Shown: positions 41,164-51,180 of the stretch, piece by piece | Numbering within the stretch: the first letter of the stretch is position 1 | Layout of the letters: each line of letters opens with the position of its first letter | Assembly (NCBI GenBank): GCA_021780755.1 | Contig: JAJXYF010000010.1 | Coordinates: forward strand, 173,238-237,237 | Reading direction: 5' to 3' | From: Deltaproteobacteria bacterium | Lineage (GTDB): Bacteria > Desulfobacterota > Binatia > Binatales > Binataceae | DNA length: 64,000 nucleotides | The notes under the pieces: generated by a model | What the model was told of the DNA's origin: nothing | The model's database searches: none | Seen by the model: the letters and a program-made list of their open reading frames with translations, nothing else | Made by a program: the position numbers and the translations under genes

Positions 41164-42827
41164 ATATGCATCCGCGGCGCCACACACGCTCCGCCAAGGG
41201 TCGCGCAATCAGTACTCGTGCCGCGGCGATACGTCGCTGCCGATTCGCGCTTGCGCTCATCGCCGCACTCATCGCACTCCCCGGATGCCGCTCCGGCGCG
41301 CCGCCGCCCCAGTTTCCGCCCGGTGCGATGGTCCTCAAGCTCGCGGCGATTTCCGATGTTCCCACCCTCGATCCCGCTGCCGGCTACGATGTCGATTCCT
41401 GGATGTTCGAGCAGATGATCTTCGACACACTGATCCGCTACAGCGATGCCGGCGTCGATCTCGTGCCCGATCTCGCGACCGCCTGGGAATCTTCGCCGGA
41501 CTCGACCGTCTTCACGTTCCATCTGCGCCGCGATGCGCGCTTTACCAACGGACGCATCGTCACCAGCGCCGACTTCAAGTACGCGATCGAGCGCGTGCTC
41601 GATCCCGCGACGCGCTCCAAGGGCATGGAATACTACCGCGCGATCGCCGGCGCCGAGGACTTTGCCGCGCATCGCGCGAAGTCCGTCGCCGGTATCGAAA
41701 CTCCCGATGCGTGGACGATGGTGTTTCATCTTATCGTGCCCGATCCGATCTTCCTGCAAAAGCTCGCGATGCCGTTTGCGGCTGCCGTCCCGCGCGAGGC
41801 GGTCGAAAAATGGGGTGACGATTTCTCGCGTCACGTCGTCGGCAGCGGCCCCTTCATGCTCAAGGAGTGGATCGGCGGCCAGCGTATCGTCCTCGTCAAA
41901 AACCCCGGCTACTTCGTCAAGGGCAGCCCGCACCTCGACGCCGTGGTCGAAGCGATCGGCGTCAGCGAGGACCTCCAATGGTTCAAATTTGAGGCCGGCG
42001 AAATCGACGTCTCGAATATACCGCCCGCCGTATTTCCGTACGTGATGAAGACCCCGCGCCTGCGCGATTTGACGCTCAGGATCGTCACCGTCACCACGCG
42101 CTACATGGGCATGAACTGCCAGATGCCGCCATTTACCGACGAACGCGTCCGCCGCGCGCTTAACTACGCGGTCAACAAGCCCAAGCTGATCGCTGTGCTC
42201 AACGGCCGCGGCATCGTCGCCAACGGGGTGATGCCGCCGGGGCTGCCCGGCTACGCTCCCGGCCTTTCCGGCTATCCGTATGATCCGGCGCGTGCGCGCG
42301 AATTGCTCGAGCAGGCCGGTCTCGGTCACGGCTTCGCGGCGACGCTCTGGATGCCCGCCGATCAGACCATGATGATCCTCGGCCAATCGATTCAGCAGGA
42401 CCTCGACCTCGTCGGCGTTCGTCTCCGCTTGAAGGCGGTCGCCTTCGCTCCGTTCCTCGAAGCGGTTCGTCAACCCAGGACCGTGCCGCTCTTTTTTATG
42501 GGATGGGAGGCGGATTTTCCCGACCCGGCCAACTTCCTCGACGTGCTGCTGTCACGCCATCAATGGGGCGCCAACAACGATACCTTCTTCAGCGATCCGC
42601 GCGTCGATGCGTTGCTCGCCGAGGCCGCTCCGCTGAGCGATCTCGCCCGGCGTTACGCGCTCTATCGCGAGGCCGAACGAATTATTGTTGCCGATGCGCC
42701 GTGGGTCTTTCTCTACTATCCGATTACCTATGAAATTCAGCAGCCGTGGGTGCACGGCTACGTGCTCAATCCGATGCGCCCCGCGCGCCTCGAAAAGGTC
42801 TGGCTCTCACCCCATCCCGCCAGCTAA
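41160..42827 (+). CDS. ABC transporter substrate-binding protein, family 5 (peptide/nickel type)
   Basis: Internal Met MNMHPRR with signal/lipobox (LPGC). SBP_bac_5-like sequence. The ATG overlaps the stop of the preceding permease. Confidence 0.82.
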   Translation: MNMHPRRHTRSAKGRAISTRAAAIRRCRFALALIAALIALPGCRSGAPPPQFPPGAMVLKLAAISDVPTLDPAAGYDVDSWMFEQMIFDTLIRYSDAGVDLVPDLATAWESSPDSTVFTFHLRRDARFTNGRIVTSADFKYAIERVLDPATRSKGMEYYRAIAGAEDFAAHRAKSVAGIETPDAWTMVFHLIVPDPIFLQKLAMPFAAAVPREAVEKWGDDFSRHVVGSGPFMLKEWIGGQRIVLVKNPGYFVKGSPHLDAVVEAIGVSEDLQWFKFEAGEIDVSNIPPAVFPYVMKTPRLRDLTLRIVTVTTRYMGMNCQMPPFTDERVRRALNYAVNKPKLIAVLNGRGIVANGVMPPGLPGYAPGLSGYPYDPARARELLEQAGLGHGFAATLWMPADQTMMILGQSIQQDLDLVGVRLRLKAVAFAPFLEAVRQPRTVPLFFMGWEADFPDPANFLDVLLSRHQWGANNDTFFSDPRVDALLAEAAPLSDLARRYALYREAERIIVADAPWVFLYYPITYEIQQPWVHGYVLNPMRPARLEKVWLSPHPAS

Positions 42828-42848
42828 TAGTTACGGTCGGCCAACCTC

Positions 42849-43634
42849 ATGCCCAATGTAGCTCCGCCCTATGCCAACGATGCCGTCGCGCATCTCAAAC
42901 GCGTCGATCCGGTTCTCGGCGACGTTATCGATCGCGTTGGCCCCTATCTGATCCCGCGCCGCCCCGAACGCTTTCCGGCGCTGGTGCGCGCGATCATCTT
43001 TCAGCAACTCGCGGGCCGCGCCGCCCAGGCCATCCACGATCGTTTCGTCAAGGCGGTCGGCGGCAACCGTTTCCCGACGCCCGCGCTCGTCCTCGCCGCT
43101 TCCGACGAAACGCTCCGCGCGGCCGGACTCTCCCGCGGCAAAATGGCCTACATCCGCGACCTCGCCGGCCACGTCCGCGATCGCACGCTTAATTTCCATC
43201 GCTTCTCAGGCATGGACGACGACGCCATCATCGCCGACCTCACCCGCGTGCGCGGCATCGGGCGCTGGACTGCCGAAATGTTCCTGATGTTCAATCTCCA
43301 TCGCCCCGACGTTTTCCCGGTGGACGACCTTGGCGTGCGCAACGCCGTCGCCCGCCTCTATGCGATGAGCGCGCCGCCGCCCCCCAGAGAACTCCGCGAA
43401 TTCGGCGAGCGCTGGCGCCCCTACCGTTCGGTCGCGGCCTGGTATCTCTGGCAGAGCATGACCCTCGTCACCCCGGGCGACTCCGCCGAAACCGCCGCGG
43501 CCAAAGCGAAGTCCAAGGTCACGGCGAAGCCACGCAAGAATTCCGCGACGAAGGCCGGCGCGCGCAAAACCGCCGCGTTGGCGCCGCCCGCAAAATCCGC
43601 GGCGTCTCACCGATCGTCCCGCAAAAATTCCTGA
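42849..43634 (+). CDS. HhH-GPD superfamily DNA glycosylase (AlkA-like 3-methyladenine glycosylase) with Lys/Ala-rich basic C-terminal tail
   Basis: HhH-GPD core with catalytic Asp region (VDDLGVRNAV). C-terminal ~50 aa AKAKSKVTAKPRK. Confidence 0.72.
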   Translation: MPNVAPPYANDAVAHLKRVDPVLGDVIDRVGPYLIPRRPERFPALVRAIIFQQLAGRAAQAIHDRFVKAVGGNRFPTPALVLAASDETLRAAGLSRGKMAYIRDLAGHVRDRTLNFHRFSGMDDDAIIADLTRVRGIGRWTAEMFLMFNLHRPDVFPVDDLGVRNAVARLYAMSAPPPPRELREFGERWRPYRSVAAWYLWQSMTLVTPGDSAETAAAKAKSKVTAKPRKNSATKAGARKTAALAPPAKSAASHRSSRKNS

Positions 43635-43688
43635 AATCCGCGCGCGGGCTTGGAGTCCGCACCGCCGAATGTGCGATCATTACCCCCG

Positions 43689-44564
43689 ATGGATTTCGTC
43701 GAACGCCTGATCGCAGCGCAACGGTTGAAACATACGGTCGCCATTCTCGGGGTCGATCCGCAACTCGATTCCAAAACCGCACCCGGCGTCCCGCCCGGTT
43801 ATACGCTCGCGCGCTTTTGCTGCGAGATCGTCGAGGCCTGCGCGCCCCATATCGGCGCGATCAAGCCGCAACTCGCCTTCTTCGAGGCCCGCGGCCTTGA
43901 CGGGATGCGCGCGCTGGTCGACGTCCTCAAACTCGCCCGCTCGCTCGGCCTGGTCACGATTGCCGACGCCAAGCGCGGCGATATCGGCACCACCTCCGCC
44001 GCATACGCCGAGGCCTTTCTCGGTGACGGCGACTTCGCTTGCGACGCGATCACGGTCAATCCGTACCTCGGCAGCGACGCCCTCGCGCCGTTCGTCGCCC
44101 GCGTGCGCACTGGCCGCGGCCTGTTCGTACTGGTCAAGACCTCGAATCCCTCGTCAGGCGAATTCCAGGACCTCGAGGCGCCGCACCGTCCGCTCTGGGA
44201 GGCAGTCGCCGAACGCGTCCACGGATGGGGCAGTGATTTCATTGGCGCCGAGGGCTTCACGCCGGTCGGCGCCGTGGTCGGCGCGACGTATCCCGAACAT
44301 GCGCGGCGCGCGCGTGAACTGATGCCCGACTCGTTGATCCTGGTGCCCGGCTACGGCGCGCAAGGGGCCAGCGCCGAGGACTCGATTATCACCGCGCGCG
44401 CCGACGGACTCGGCACCATCGTCAACGCCAGCCGCAGCCTCATGTACGCCTATCTCAAAGGTTCCGACTCGACGCCCGGAGTCGCGGCCGCGGCCGCCGC
44501 CGCGACGATGCGCCGCGCGCTCAACGACGCGCTGACCGCCGCCGGCAAAACCCCGCCCGCCTAA
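43689..44564 (+). CDS. pyrF: orotidine 5'-phosphate decarboxylase (type 2, long form)
   Basis: Internal Met MDFVERLIA. Catalytic motif DAKRGDIGTT. ~290 aa. Confidence 0.85.
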   Translation: MDFVERLIAAQRLKHTVAILGVDPQLDSKTAPGVPPGYTLARFCCEIVEACAPHIGAIKPQLAFFEARGLDGMRALVDVLKLARSLGLVTIADAKRGDIGTTSAAYAEAFLGDGDFACDAITVNPYLGSDALAPFVARVRTGRGLFVLVKTSNPSSGEFQDLEAPHRPLWEAVAERVHGWGSDFIGAEGFTPVGAVVGATYPEHARRARELMPDSLILVPGYGAQGASAEDSIITARADGLGTIVNASRSLMYAYLKGSDSTPGVAAAAAAATMRRALNDALTAAGKTPPA

Positions 44565-44620
44565 AGTATCAGCGGCGAGGTTTTCTTCGTACAACCGCGA
44601 CCGCATGGACTCGAGTACGG

Positions 44621-44663
44621 CAAAAAATAAAAAAGCCGCGCGCCACCTCGAGTGACGCGCGGC
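44621..44663 (-). terminator. intrinsic terminator of the ferritin-like gene
   Basis: GCCGCGCG-13 nt loop-CGCGCGGC perfect 8-bp stem, followed on the minus strand by TTTTTTATTTTTT. Confidence 0.6.
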
Positions 44664-44710
44664 CAATTCAGCCACAAGTTATCTTGCAATGAGGTTCTGC
44701 TTGCGCGTTC

Positions 44711-45322
44711 CTATGCGCGCAGCAGTGCCGCCTCGTCCTGCGCGAGCGTCGCGTAAACCTCGCGATCGATCTCGCGATAGCGCTTCAGGATTTCGTCCGC
44801 CTTGCCTTCGCTCCCTTCCTCGCGCGCGATTTCCCGCATCTTCTTCTCGATCCACGACAGATGCCAGGTCTCGTCTTCGGTCACGGCCTTGAGCACCTCG
44901 AGCGTGGCTTCATCGACGTTCGGCAGCGCCGCATGCGCCATGTACCGGCTCTGCGCGCGCTCCTCGACCACCACCGTCAACCCCAGCACTTCGACGATTC
45001 CCCGCGGCACTCCGATGCGCATTCCCAGCCGCCGCTGGTAGCCGTCGTTCACGAACACCGGCGACCCGCCCAGGTCGGCGATTCGACGGGTCCACAGCCA
45101 TGCGTGGCGTGTCTCGTCCGACAGGTGCTTGGTCATTTTCAACTGGGAATCGCCGTCTTTGAGATGGCCGATGATATTGAAGAGCAAACGGGCGCCGCGC
45201 AGTTCCGCGTCGCGATAGAAGCTGAAGATCAAGATCTGCTTTTCGGTCGCAGACATCCTGCTCATATCTATCGCACTACGATCCCCACCACCCACTATGG
45301 ATTCGTTGGTCAGGTCCATCAT
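44711..45322 (-). CDS. ferritin-like diiron-carboxylate domain protein
   Basis: Two ExxH motifs (DETRHAW, EDETWHLSW) in a four-helix layout. 203 aa. Confidence 0.6.
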   Translation of the reverse strand: MMDLTNESIVGGGDRSAIDMSRMSATEKQILIFSFYRDAELRGARLLFNIIGHLKDGDSQLKMTKHLSDETRHAWLWTRRIADLGGSPVFVNDGYQRRLGMRIGVPRGIVEVLGLTVVVEERAQSRYMAHAALPNVDEATLEVLKAVTEDETWHLSWIEKKMREIAREEGSEGKADEILKRYREIDREVYATLAQDEAALLRA

Positions 45323-45510
45323 CCTCTATTTATTGAGTTCCAAGAGATTGACTAGCCGCTTGGCCCGATCAGGCAGTTTCGTTTTAAGTATGCGAATCGA
45401 ACCTGCCGGTCAAGATTAGCACGATTTGCTTTCGCGAGCGTGCCGTGCGTGCGCCGTCCACAACTTATTGCGCAAACACGCCAGTTCCCGTCCACCGATG
45501 CTATCGTGAC

Positions 45511-45534
45511 CATGATATAGCCCATGATATAACC
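45511..45534. repeat. tandem direct repeat CATGATATAGCC / CATGATATAACC in the divergent ferritin-like/dprA promoter region
   Basis: Two adjacent 12-bp copies seen directly in the sequence. Confidence 0.35.
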
Positions 45535-45601
45535 CGTCTTAAGACGAACGCAGCGGCCCGGCGTTTCGGGCCGGCGCTCGCCCGGACCCTCGCATTCAAC
45601 G

Positions 45602-46741
45602 ATGGCACCCACTCCCGACGCATATTGGCTGGCTTTGAGACGCGCGCGCGGTGTCGGCCCGCGCATTGCCCGTCTCTTGCTCGAACGCTTCCAGTCGCCC
45701 GAGCGCATCTTCGGCGCCTCTGAAAACGAACTCGTGCAGACCGGCATCCCCCGGCCGACCGCGCACAATATCGTCACCTTTGCCGATTTCGATCCGCTCG
45801 AAAAGGAACTTTGCGAATTGCCGCGCCTCGGTGCACGCCTCGTTCGCTGGAGCGACCCGGACTACCCGATCAATCTGCGCCATATCGCCGATCCTCCGCC
45901 TTATTTCTTTATCCGTGGCGCCCTCAAGCCCGCCGACTCCCATTGCATCGCCGTGGTCGGTGCCCGCGCGGCCAGCGAAATGGGCCGTCGGATGGCCCAG
46001 CGCCTCGGCCTCGAACTCGCCGCCAAGGGCTTCACCGTTGTCAGCGGCCTCGCGCGCGGCATCGACTCCGAAGCGCATCAGGGGGCGCTCGACGGCCGCG
46101 GCCATACGGTGGCCGTAATGGGCTGCGGCATCGACGTCACCTACCCGTCCGAAAATCGCAAACTGGCCTCGGCGATTATCGACGGCGGCGGGGCGATCAT
46201 CTCGGAGTTGCCGGTCGGTACGCCACCGATCGCCGAGAACTTTCCGACCCGCAACCGCCTTATTTCCGGCCTGTGCCTCGGCGTCGTTATCGTCGAGGCC
46301 GCCGAGAAAAGCGGCTCGTTGATCACCGCCCGCATGGCGCTCGAACAGGATCGCCAGGTCTTCGCCGTCCCCGGCAGTCCCTTGACCGGACGTACCCGCG
46401 GCAGCAATCGTCTTCTGAAGGAGGGCGCACGGCTGGTGGACTGTGTGGAAGACGTGCTAGAGGAACTGGCCCCACAACTGGGGCAGGTGTCTGCCCATCA
46501 TCGGCCCGAGCCGCCCGCGGAGGCCGATATGGAGGAAAAAGACGCTACGGATTCAGCAATTCCCGCGCCAAATGAACTTAATATCGTCTTAAACCAGCTA
46601 AAAGGCTCCGAAAAGCTCCACGTTGATTCAATCATCGAAGGATCGGGACTCAACGTACAAACAGTGCTTAAATTACTGCTGGAGCTTGAACTCACCGGCG
46701 CCATCACTCAACATCCCGGCAAGCTCTTTTCGTTGATCTAG
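45602..46741 (+). CDS. dprA: DNA processing protein DprA (Smf)
   Basis: Rossmann-like DprA core (VVSGLARGIDSEAH, GSLITA) plus C-terminal winged-helix. Conserved position upstream of topA. Confidence 0.9.
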   Translation: MAPTPDAYWLALRRARGVGPRIARLLLERFQSPERIFGASENELVQTGIPRPTAHNIVTFADFDPLEKELCELPRLGARLVRWSDPDYPINLRHIADPPPYFFIRGALKPADSHCIAVVGARAASEMGRRMAQRLGLELAAKGFTVVSGLARGIDSEAHQGALDGRGHTVAVMGCGIDVTYPSENRKLASAIIDGGGAIISELPVGTPPIAENFPTRNRLISGLCLGVVIVEAAEKSGSLITARMALEQDRQVFAVPGSPLTGRTRGSNRLLKEGARLVDCVEDVLEELAPQLGQVSAHHRPEPPAEADMEEKDATDSAIPAPNELNIVLNQLKGSEKLHVDSIIEGSGLNVQTVLKLLLELELTGAITQHPGKLFSLI

Positions 46742-46784
46742 AAACGGAGGACGACCCGCACGGTTTGAGCAAAGGGGCTGAAGA

Positions 46785-49154
46785 TTGGCAAAAAACCTGA
46801 TCATCGTCGAATCGCCTGCCAAGGCGAAGACTATCAAGCGCTACCTCGGGGCGGATTTCATCGTAACGCCCTCGGTCGGCCATGTGGTCGATCTGCCGAA
46901 AAGCAAACTCGGCGTCGACGTCAAGGACGATTTCAAACCCGAATACCATGTAATCGCCGGCAAGGCGAAAGTCATCGAGGGTATCAAGGCGGCCGCCAAG
47001 AACAAGAAAAACATCTATCTCGCGACCGACCCCGACCGTGAGGGTGAGGCGATCGCGTGGCACATCGCCGACCGCCTCGGCAAGACCGGCGCCGCCGTCC
47101 ATCGGGTGCTTCTGCACGAGATCACCGAAAAGGCGATCAAGGCCGCGATCGCCAATCCGAGCGACTTGAACCACGACCTCTTCGACGCCCAGCAGGCGCG
47201 CCGCGTACTCGACCGCCTGGTCGGCTACAAGGTCAGCCCGCTACTGTGGGAGAAGGTCAAGCGCGGTATCAGTGCGGGGCGCGTGCAGTCGGTGGCGCTC
47301 AGAATCATCGTCGAGCGCGAAAAGGAGCGCGAGGCCTTCCGTCCCGAGGAATACTGGACGCTCGATGCCAATCTTGCGGCCAAAAATCCGCCGCCCTTCA
47401 AGGCCCGGATCTACAGCTTCAAGGACCATCGGATCGACAATAAGGCTTACAAGCTGCCTGAGTCCGAGGCGCGCGAGATTGTTGCCGAGTGCGAGAGCAA
47501 GCCCTTCGTCGTCCGCAAGATCGAGCGCAAGGAGGTCCGCCGCAGCGCCGCGCCCCCGTTCATCACCTCGCGCCTGCAGCAGGAGGCCTCGCGCAAGCTC
47601 TACTTCCAGCCCTCGCGCACGATGAAGGTCGCGCAGCGCCTCTACGAAGGTATGGAACTGGGCGAGGAGGGCGCCACCGGTCTCATCACATATATGCGGA
47701 CCGATTCGCCACGGGTCTCCGACGACGCGCTGGCGGAGGTGCGCGGCCATATCGCTGACCGTTACGGCAAGCAATACGTGCCCGACCGCCCCAACTTCTA
47801 TCGCTCCGGCAAGTCCGCGCAGGACGCCCATGAGGCGATTCGCCCGACCTCGGTCGCGCGCGACCCCGAGTCCCTCGCCCGCTACCTCGCCAAGGACGAA
47901 CTCGCCCTTTACACCCTGATTTACAACCGCTTCGTCTCGAGCCAGATGAACCCCGCGGTTTACGACCGCACCACCGTTGACATCGAGTCTGGCGCCGCGC
48001 TCTTTCGCGCCAGTGGCCAGGTGATGAAGTTCGACGGCTTCATGCGCGTCTATCTCGAAGGTCAGGACGAGGCTGCCGACGATGACGACGTCGCGACGCT
48101 CCCCGCCATGACCGAGGGCGAGCGCCTCACGCTGGTCAAGCCGTTGGCGCCGACCAAGACCGATCCGCAAGCCATCGGGTTCGACCTCGAACAGCACTTC
48201 ACGCAGCCGCCGCCGCGCTTTACCCAGGCGACCCTGATCAAGGAACTCGAAGACAAAGGCATCGGCCGCCCCTCGACCTACGCCTCGATCATGGCGAGCA
48301 TCCTCAATCGCGAATACGTCGAGGAGGACGAGAGCAAGCGCATCCGCCCGACCTCGCTCGGCCGCGTGGTCTGCGACCTCCTGGTCACCGCGTTCCCCGA
48401 CATCCTGGAGGTCGGCTTCACCGCCGGGCTCGAGCTTGAACTCGACGGCGTCGAAGAGGGGCGCGAGAACTGGGTCAAAACCCTCAAGCGCTTCTACGGC
48501 CCGTTCGAGAAACGCCTCGGCGCGGCCAAAAAGCTGATGCCCGAGGTCAAGCGCAAGGGCCTCGAAACCGACCTCAAGTGCGAACTCGACGGCGGTACGA
48601 TGGTCATCAAATGGGGCCGCAACGGCGAATTCCTCGCCTGCTCCAACTACCCCAAGTGCACCAACACCAGCGAGTTCAAACGCGACGATCAGGGCAAGGT
48701 GATACCGCAGGAATCCACCGCGCCCGCCGCCACCGACGAGGTCTGCGAAAAGTGCGGCAAGCCGATGGTGCGGCGACGCTCGCGCTTCGGTGAATTTCTC
48801 GGATGCTCCGGCTATCCCGATTGCGACGGCATCAAGCGCACCCGCGCCGAGCCGGTCAGCACTGGCGTCGCCTGTCCGGATTGCAAGGAGGGCGTAATCC
48901 TCGAACGGCGCAGCCGCCGCGGCAAGATCTTCTTCGGCTGCGGCCGCTATCCCAAGTGCAAGTTCGCGAGCTGGGATCGTGTCGTCCTCCACCCATGTCC
49001 CGATTGCGGCTCGACCTACCTGGTCGAAAAGACCACCAAGCGCGACGGCACTCGATGGCAATGCCCGAACAAGGAATGCGGTTATCAGCAGCCGCCCGCG
49101 GACGCGCCCGCGCCGGCCGCGATTCACGAGCCCCCGGCCCCCACGATCGCGTAG
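46785..49154 (+). CDS. topA: DNA topoisomerase I
   Basis: TOPRIM N-terminus (LIIVESPAKAKTI), catalytic Tyr region, multiple C-terminal Cys4 zinc ribbons. TTG start with an AAAGGGG SD. Confidence 0.95.
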   Translation: MAKNLIIVESPAKAKTIKRYLGADFIVTPSVGHVVDLPKSKLGVDVKDDFKPEYHVIAGKAKVIEGIKAAAKNKKNIYLATDPDREGEAIAWHIADRLGKTGAAVHRVLLHEITEKAIKAAIANPSDLNHDLFDAQQARRVLDRLVGYKVSPLLWEKVKRGISAGRVQSVALRIIVEREKEREAFRPEEYWTLDANLAAKNPPPFKARIYSFKDHRIDNKAYKLPESEAREIVAECESKPFVVRKIERKEVRRSAAPPFITSRLQQEASRKLYFQPSRTMKVAQRLYEGMELGEEGATGLITYMRTDSPRVSDDALAEVRGHIADRYGKQYVPDRPNFYRSGKSAQDAHEAIRPTSVARDPESLARYLAKDELALYTLIYNRFVSSQMNPAVYDRTTVDIESGAALFRASGQVMKFDGFMRVYLEGQDEAADDDDVATLPAMTEGERLTLVKPLAPTKTDPQAIGFDLEQHFTQPPPRFTQATLIKELEDKGIGRPSTYASIMASILNREYVEEDESKRIRPTSLGRVVCDLLVTAFPDILEVGFTAGLELELDGVEEGRENWVKTLKRFYGPFEKRLGAAKKLMPEVKRKGLETDLKCELDGGTMVIKWGRNGEFLACSNYPKCTNTSEFKRDDQGKVIPQESTAPAATDEVCEKCGKPMVRRRSRFGEFLGCSGYPDCDGIKRTRAEPVSTGVACPDCKEGVILERRSRRGKIFFGCGRYPKCKFASWDRVVLHPCPDCGSTYLVEKTTKRDGTRWQCPNKECGYQQPPADAPAPAAIHEPPAPTIA

Positions 49155-49271
49155 CCTCCTGGCTGCGGAGTTAATGGAGGTCGCGATTGAATCCCCTCGA
49201 CTCGTACGAGGACAAATTTATTCACCGTGGGAAGCTCAGTCCAAAAAATCAGGTCAGGTCTGTTGGGCCGC

Positions 49272-49294
49272 TTGAAACCTTTCAAAGGTTTCAA
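49272..49294. terminator. AT-rich perfect inverted repeat TTGAAACCTTT-C-AAAGGTTTCAA between convergent topA and sigma-factor genes
   Basis: 11-bp arms seen in the sequence, followed by a pyrimidine tract. Role as terminator versus binding site is unresolved. Confidence 0.35.
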
Positions 49295-49319
49295 CCCGTT
49301 CCTTCTCCCCTTTCCGTTC

Positions 49320-50567
49320 TCAGTGTTGACTGACCTCGGCCAATCGCCGCCGCAGAAAGCGCTGTTGCGGTTCGTCGGTGATCAACGCGAGCGCATGCTC
49401 GTAGGCTTCCCGCGCCTCACGCCAGCGGCCGAGGCGTCGCAGCAGGTCGGCCCGCGCCGACCACAGGAGATGGTAGTCGCGTAATTCGCCCTGCGCCTCG
49501 ATCGCGTTGATCAGGCCGAGCCCATACTCCGGCCCTTCCGCCATCGCGACCGCGACCGCCCGATTCAGTTCGACCACCGGCGACGGCTGGATCCGGGTGA
49601 GTACCGTGTAGAGCGCGGCGATCTCGCGCCAATCGGTATTCCCCGCCACCGCCGACCGTGCGTGCGCCGCCGCGATCGCGCACTGGATCGTATATGGGCC
49701 CGGTATCGCCGAACTCAGTGCGGAGGTCGCCAGCGCCAGACCCTCGCGAATCTGCGCCGGGTTCCAGAGCGCACGGTCCTGCTCCTCGAGCAGCACCAGG
49801 TCGCCGTCGGCGTTGAGCCGTGCGGCGCGCCGCGCGTCATGCAGCAGCATCAGTGCCAGCAGCCCGCGCGCTTCCGAATTTTCCGCAATCAGTTCGCATA
49901 AAATGCGTCCCAGGCGAATCGCCTCGGTGCACAAATCGCCCCGCACCAGCGCCGCCCCGGAGGTCGCCGAGTAGCCCTCGTTGAAAATCAGGTAGATGAC
50001 CGCCATCACGGCCTCGAGCCGGTCGGGCAGCAACTCGTCGGGCGGTACTTCGTATGGGATGCACGCCGCCCGAATCTTGCGCTTGGCGCGCACCAGCCGT
50101 TGCGCCATGGTCGCGGCCGGTACGATAAAAGCGCGCGCGATCTCCTCGGTCGTCAGGCCGCACAACGTGCGCAAGGACAGCGCCACCTGGGCCTCGAGCG
50201 CGAGCGCCGGATGGCAGCAGGTGAAGATCAACCGCAGGCGATCGTCGGGCACCGGGTCGGCGGCAGCGTCATCGCCGGTTCTTTCGCCGAGGTCCTCCGG
50301 CGACGACAACGCCGAAATTTCGCGAAGTTTATCGTCGAGGCGGCCGCGCCGGCGGAGGCGATCGATCGCCTTGTGGCGGGCGGCGCCGATAATCCACGCG
50401 CGCGGATTTGCCGGGACGCCCTCGCGCGGCCACTGTTCGAGCGCCGCGGCAAAGGCGTCGTGTATCGACTCCTCGGCGAGGTCGAAGTCGCCCACCAGCC
50501 GAATTACCGCCGCGACGATGCGGCCGTAATCCTCGCGATAAAGTTGTTCGAGTGCCGCGTTGCCCAT
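49320..50567 (-). CDS. ECF-type sigma-70 family factor with long C-terminal extension (YciI-partner type)
   Basis: Sigma-70 region 2 and 4 signatures in the N-terminal ~180 aa, then a ~230-aa helical extension. Adjacent yciI-like gene. Confidence 0.78.
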   Translation of the reverse strand: MGNAALEQLYREDYGRIVAAVIRLVGDFDLAEESIHDAFAAALEQWPREGVPANPRAWIIGAARHKAIDRLRRRGRLDDKLREISALSSPEDLGERTGDDAAADPVPDDRLRLIFTCCHPALALEAQVALSLRTLCGLTTEEIARAFIVPAATMAQRLVRAKRKIRAACIPYEVPPDELLPDRLEAVMAVIYLIFNEGYSATSGAALVRGDLCTEAIRLGRILCELIAENSEARGLLALMLLHDARRAARLNADGDLVLLEEQDRALWNPAQIREGLALATSALSSAIPGPYTIQCAIAAAHARSAVAGNTDWREIAALYTVLTRIQPSPVVELNRAVAVAMAEGPEYGLGLINAIEAQGELRDYHLLWSARADLLRRLGRWREAREAYEHALALITDEPQQRFLRRRLAEVSQH

Positions 50568-50626
50568 CGCAAGCCGCCCGGGGTTAAGCTACTCCACCGG
50601 GCGGCCGCGATTCCATCAGTGCCCTG

Positions 50627-50968
50627 TCACATCTTCATCACGGGCCGTACTTCGATCGAACCGAACCGGGCGCCCGGAATCCGCGCCGCGATCGCCACCG
50701 CCTGGTCCAGGTTCTCCGCCTCCACCAGGTAGTAGCCGCCCAGATGTTCCTTGGTCTCCGCGAACGGGCCGTCAACCGTTAACGTCTTGCCGTCGCGTAC
50801 GCGCACCGTCGTCGCGGTGCTGGTCGGTTGCAGCGGGGCGCCGGCCTGGAAATTGCCCGACTTGATAATGCCCTGGGTGAACGCGCCGTATTCCGCGAAC
50901 ATTTTGTTCCTTTCCTCGGCCGGCATCTGGGCGTTCTCGTTGGTGTAAATCAAAAGCATGTACTGCAT
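50627..50968 (-). CDS. YciI-like (DGPF) domain protein
   Basis: 113 aa, MQYMLLIY N-terminus typical of the YciI family. GGAGG RBS. Confidence 0.72.
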   Translation of the reverse strand: MQYMLLIYTNENAQMPAEERNKMFAEYGAFTQGIIKSGNFQAGAPLQPTSTATTVRVRDGKTLTVDGPFAETKEHLGGYYLVEAENLDQAVAIAARIPGARFGSIEVRPVMKM

Positions 50969-51180
50969 TGGAGCCTCCTTCGAGCGTCGATTTCTCGCTT
51001 ACATCTCTTAGTCGAACGGCCCGATCCCGGATCGACATCCGCCAATAATTTATTTTGTGGTCCGGTTGCCGGCTTAATTCGCGGCGCGCCGAAATCGTAC
51101 CAATGCGGACGCGGTTTACACCGCCGCGCAAACCCGTCACGATTTAGATCCGCCGCGGCGTGAGCGTGCGGCGTTCATAA

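Noticed and set aside
45352-45777. 141-aa minus-strand ORF in the ferritin-like/dprA intergenic region
   Set aside because: It overlaps the dprA start and the divergent promoter region. Low-complexity Arg/Gly-rich translation; likely non-coding.
47241-49127. 628-aa minus-strand ORF
   Set aside because: Antisense to topA, which is clearly real; a GC artefact.
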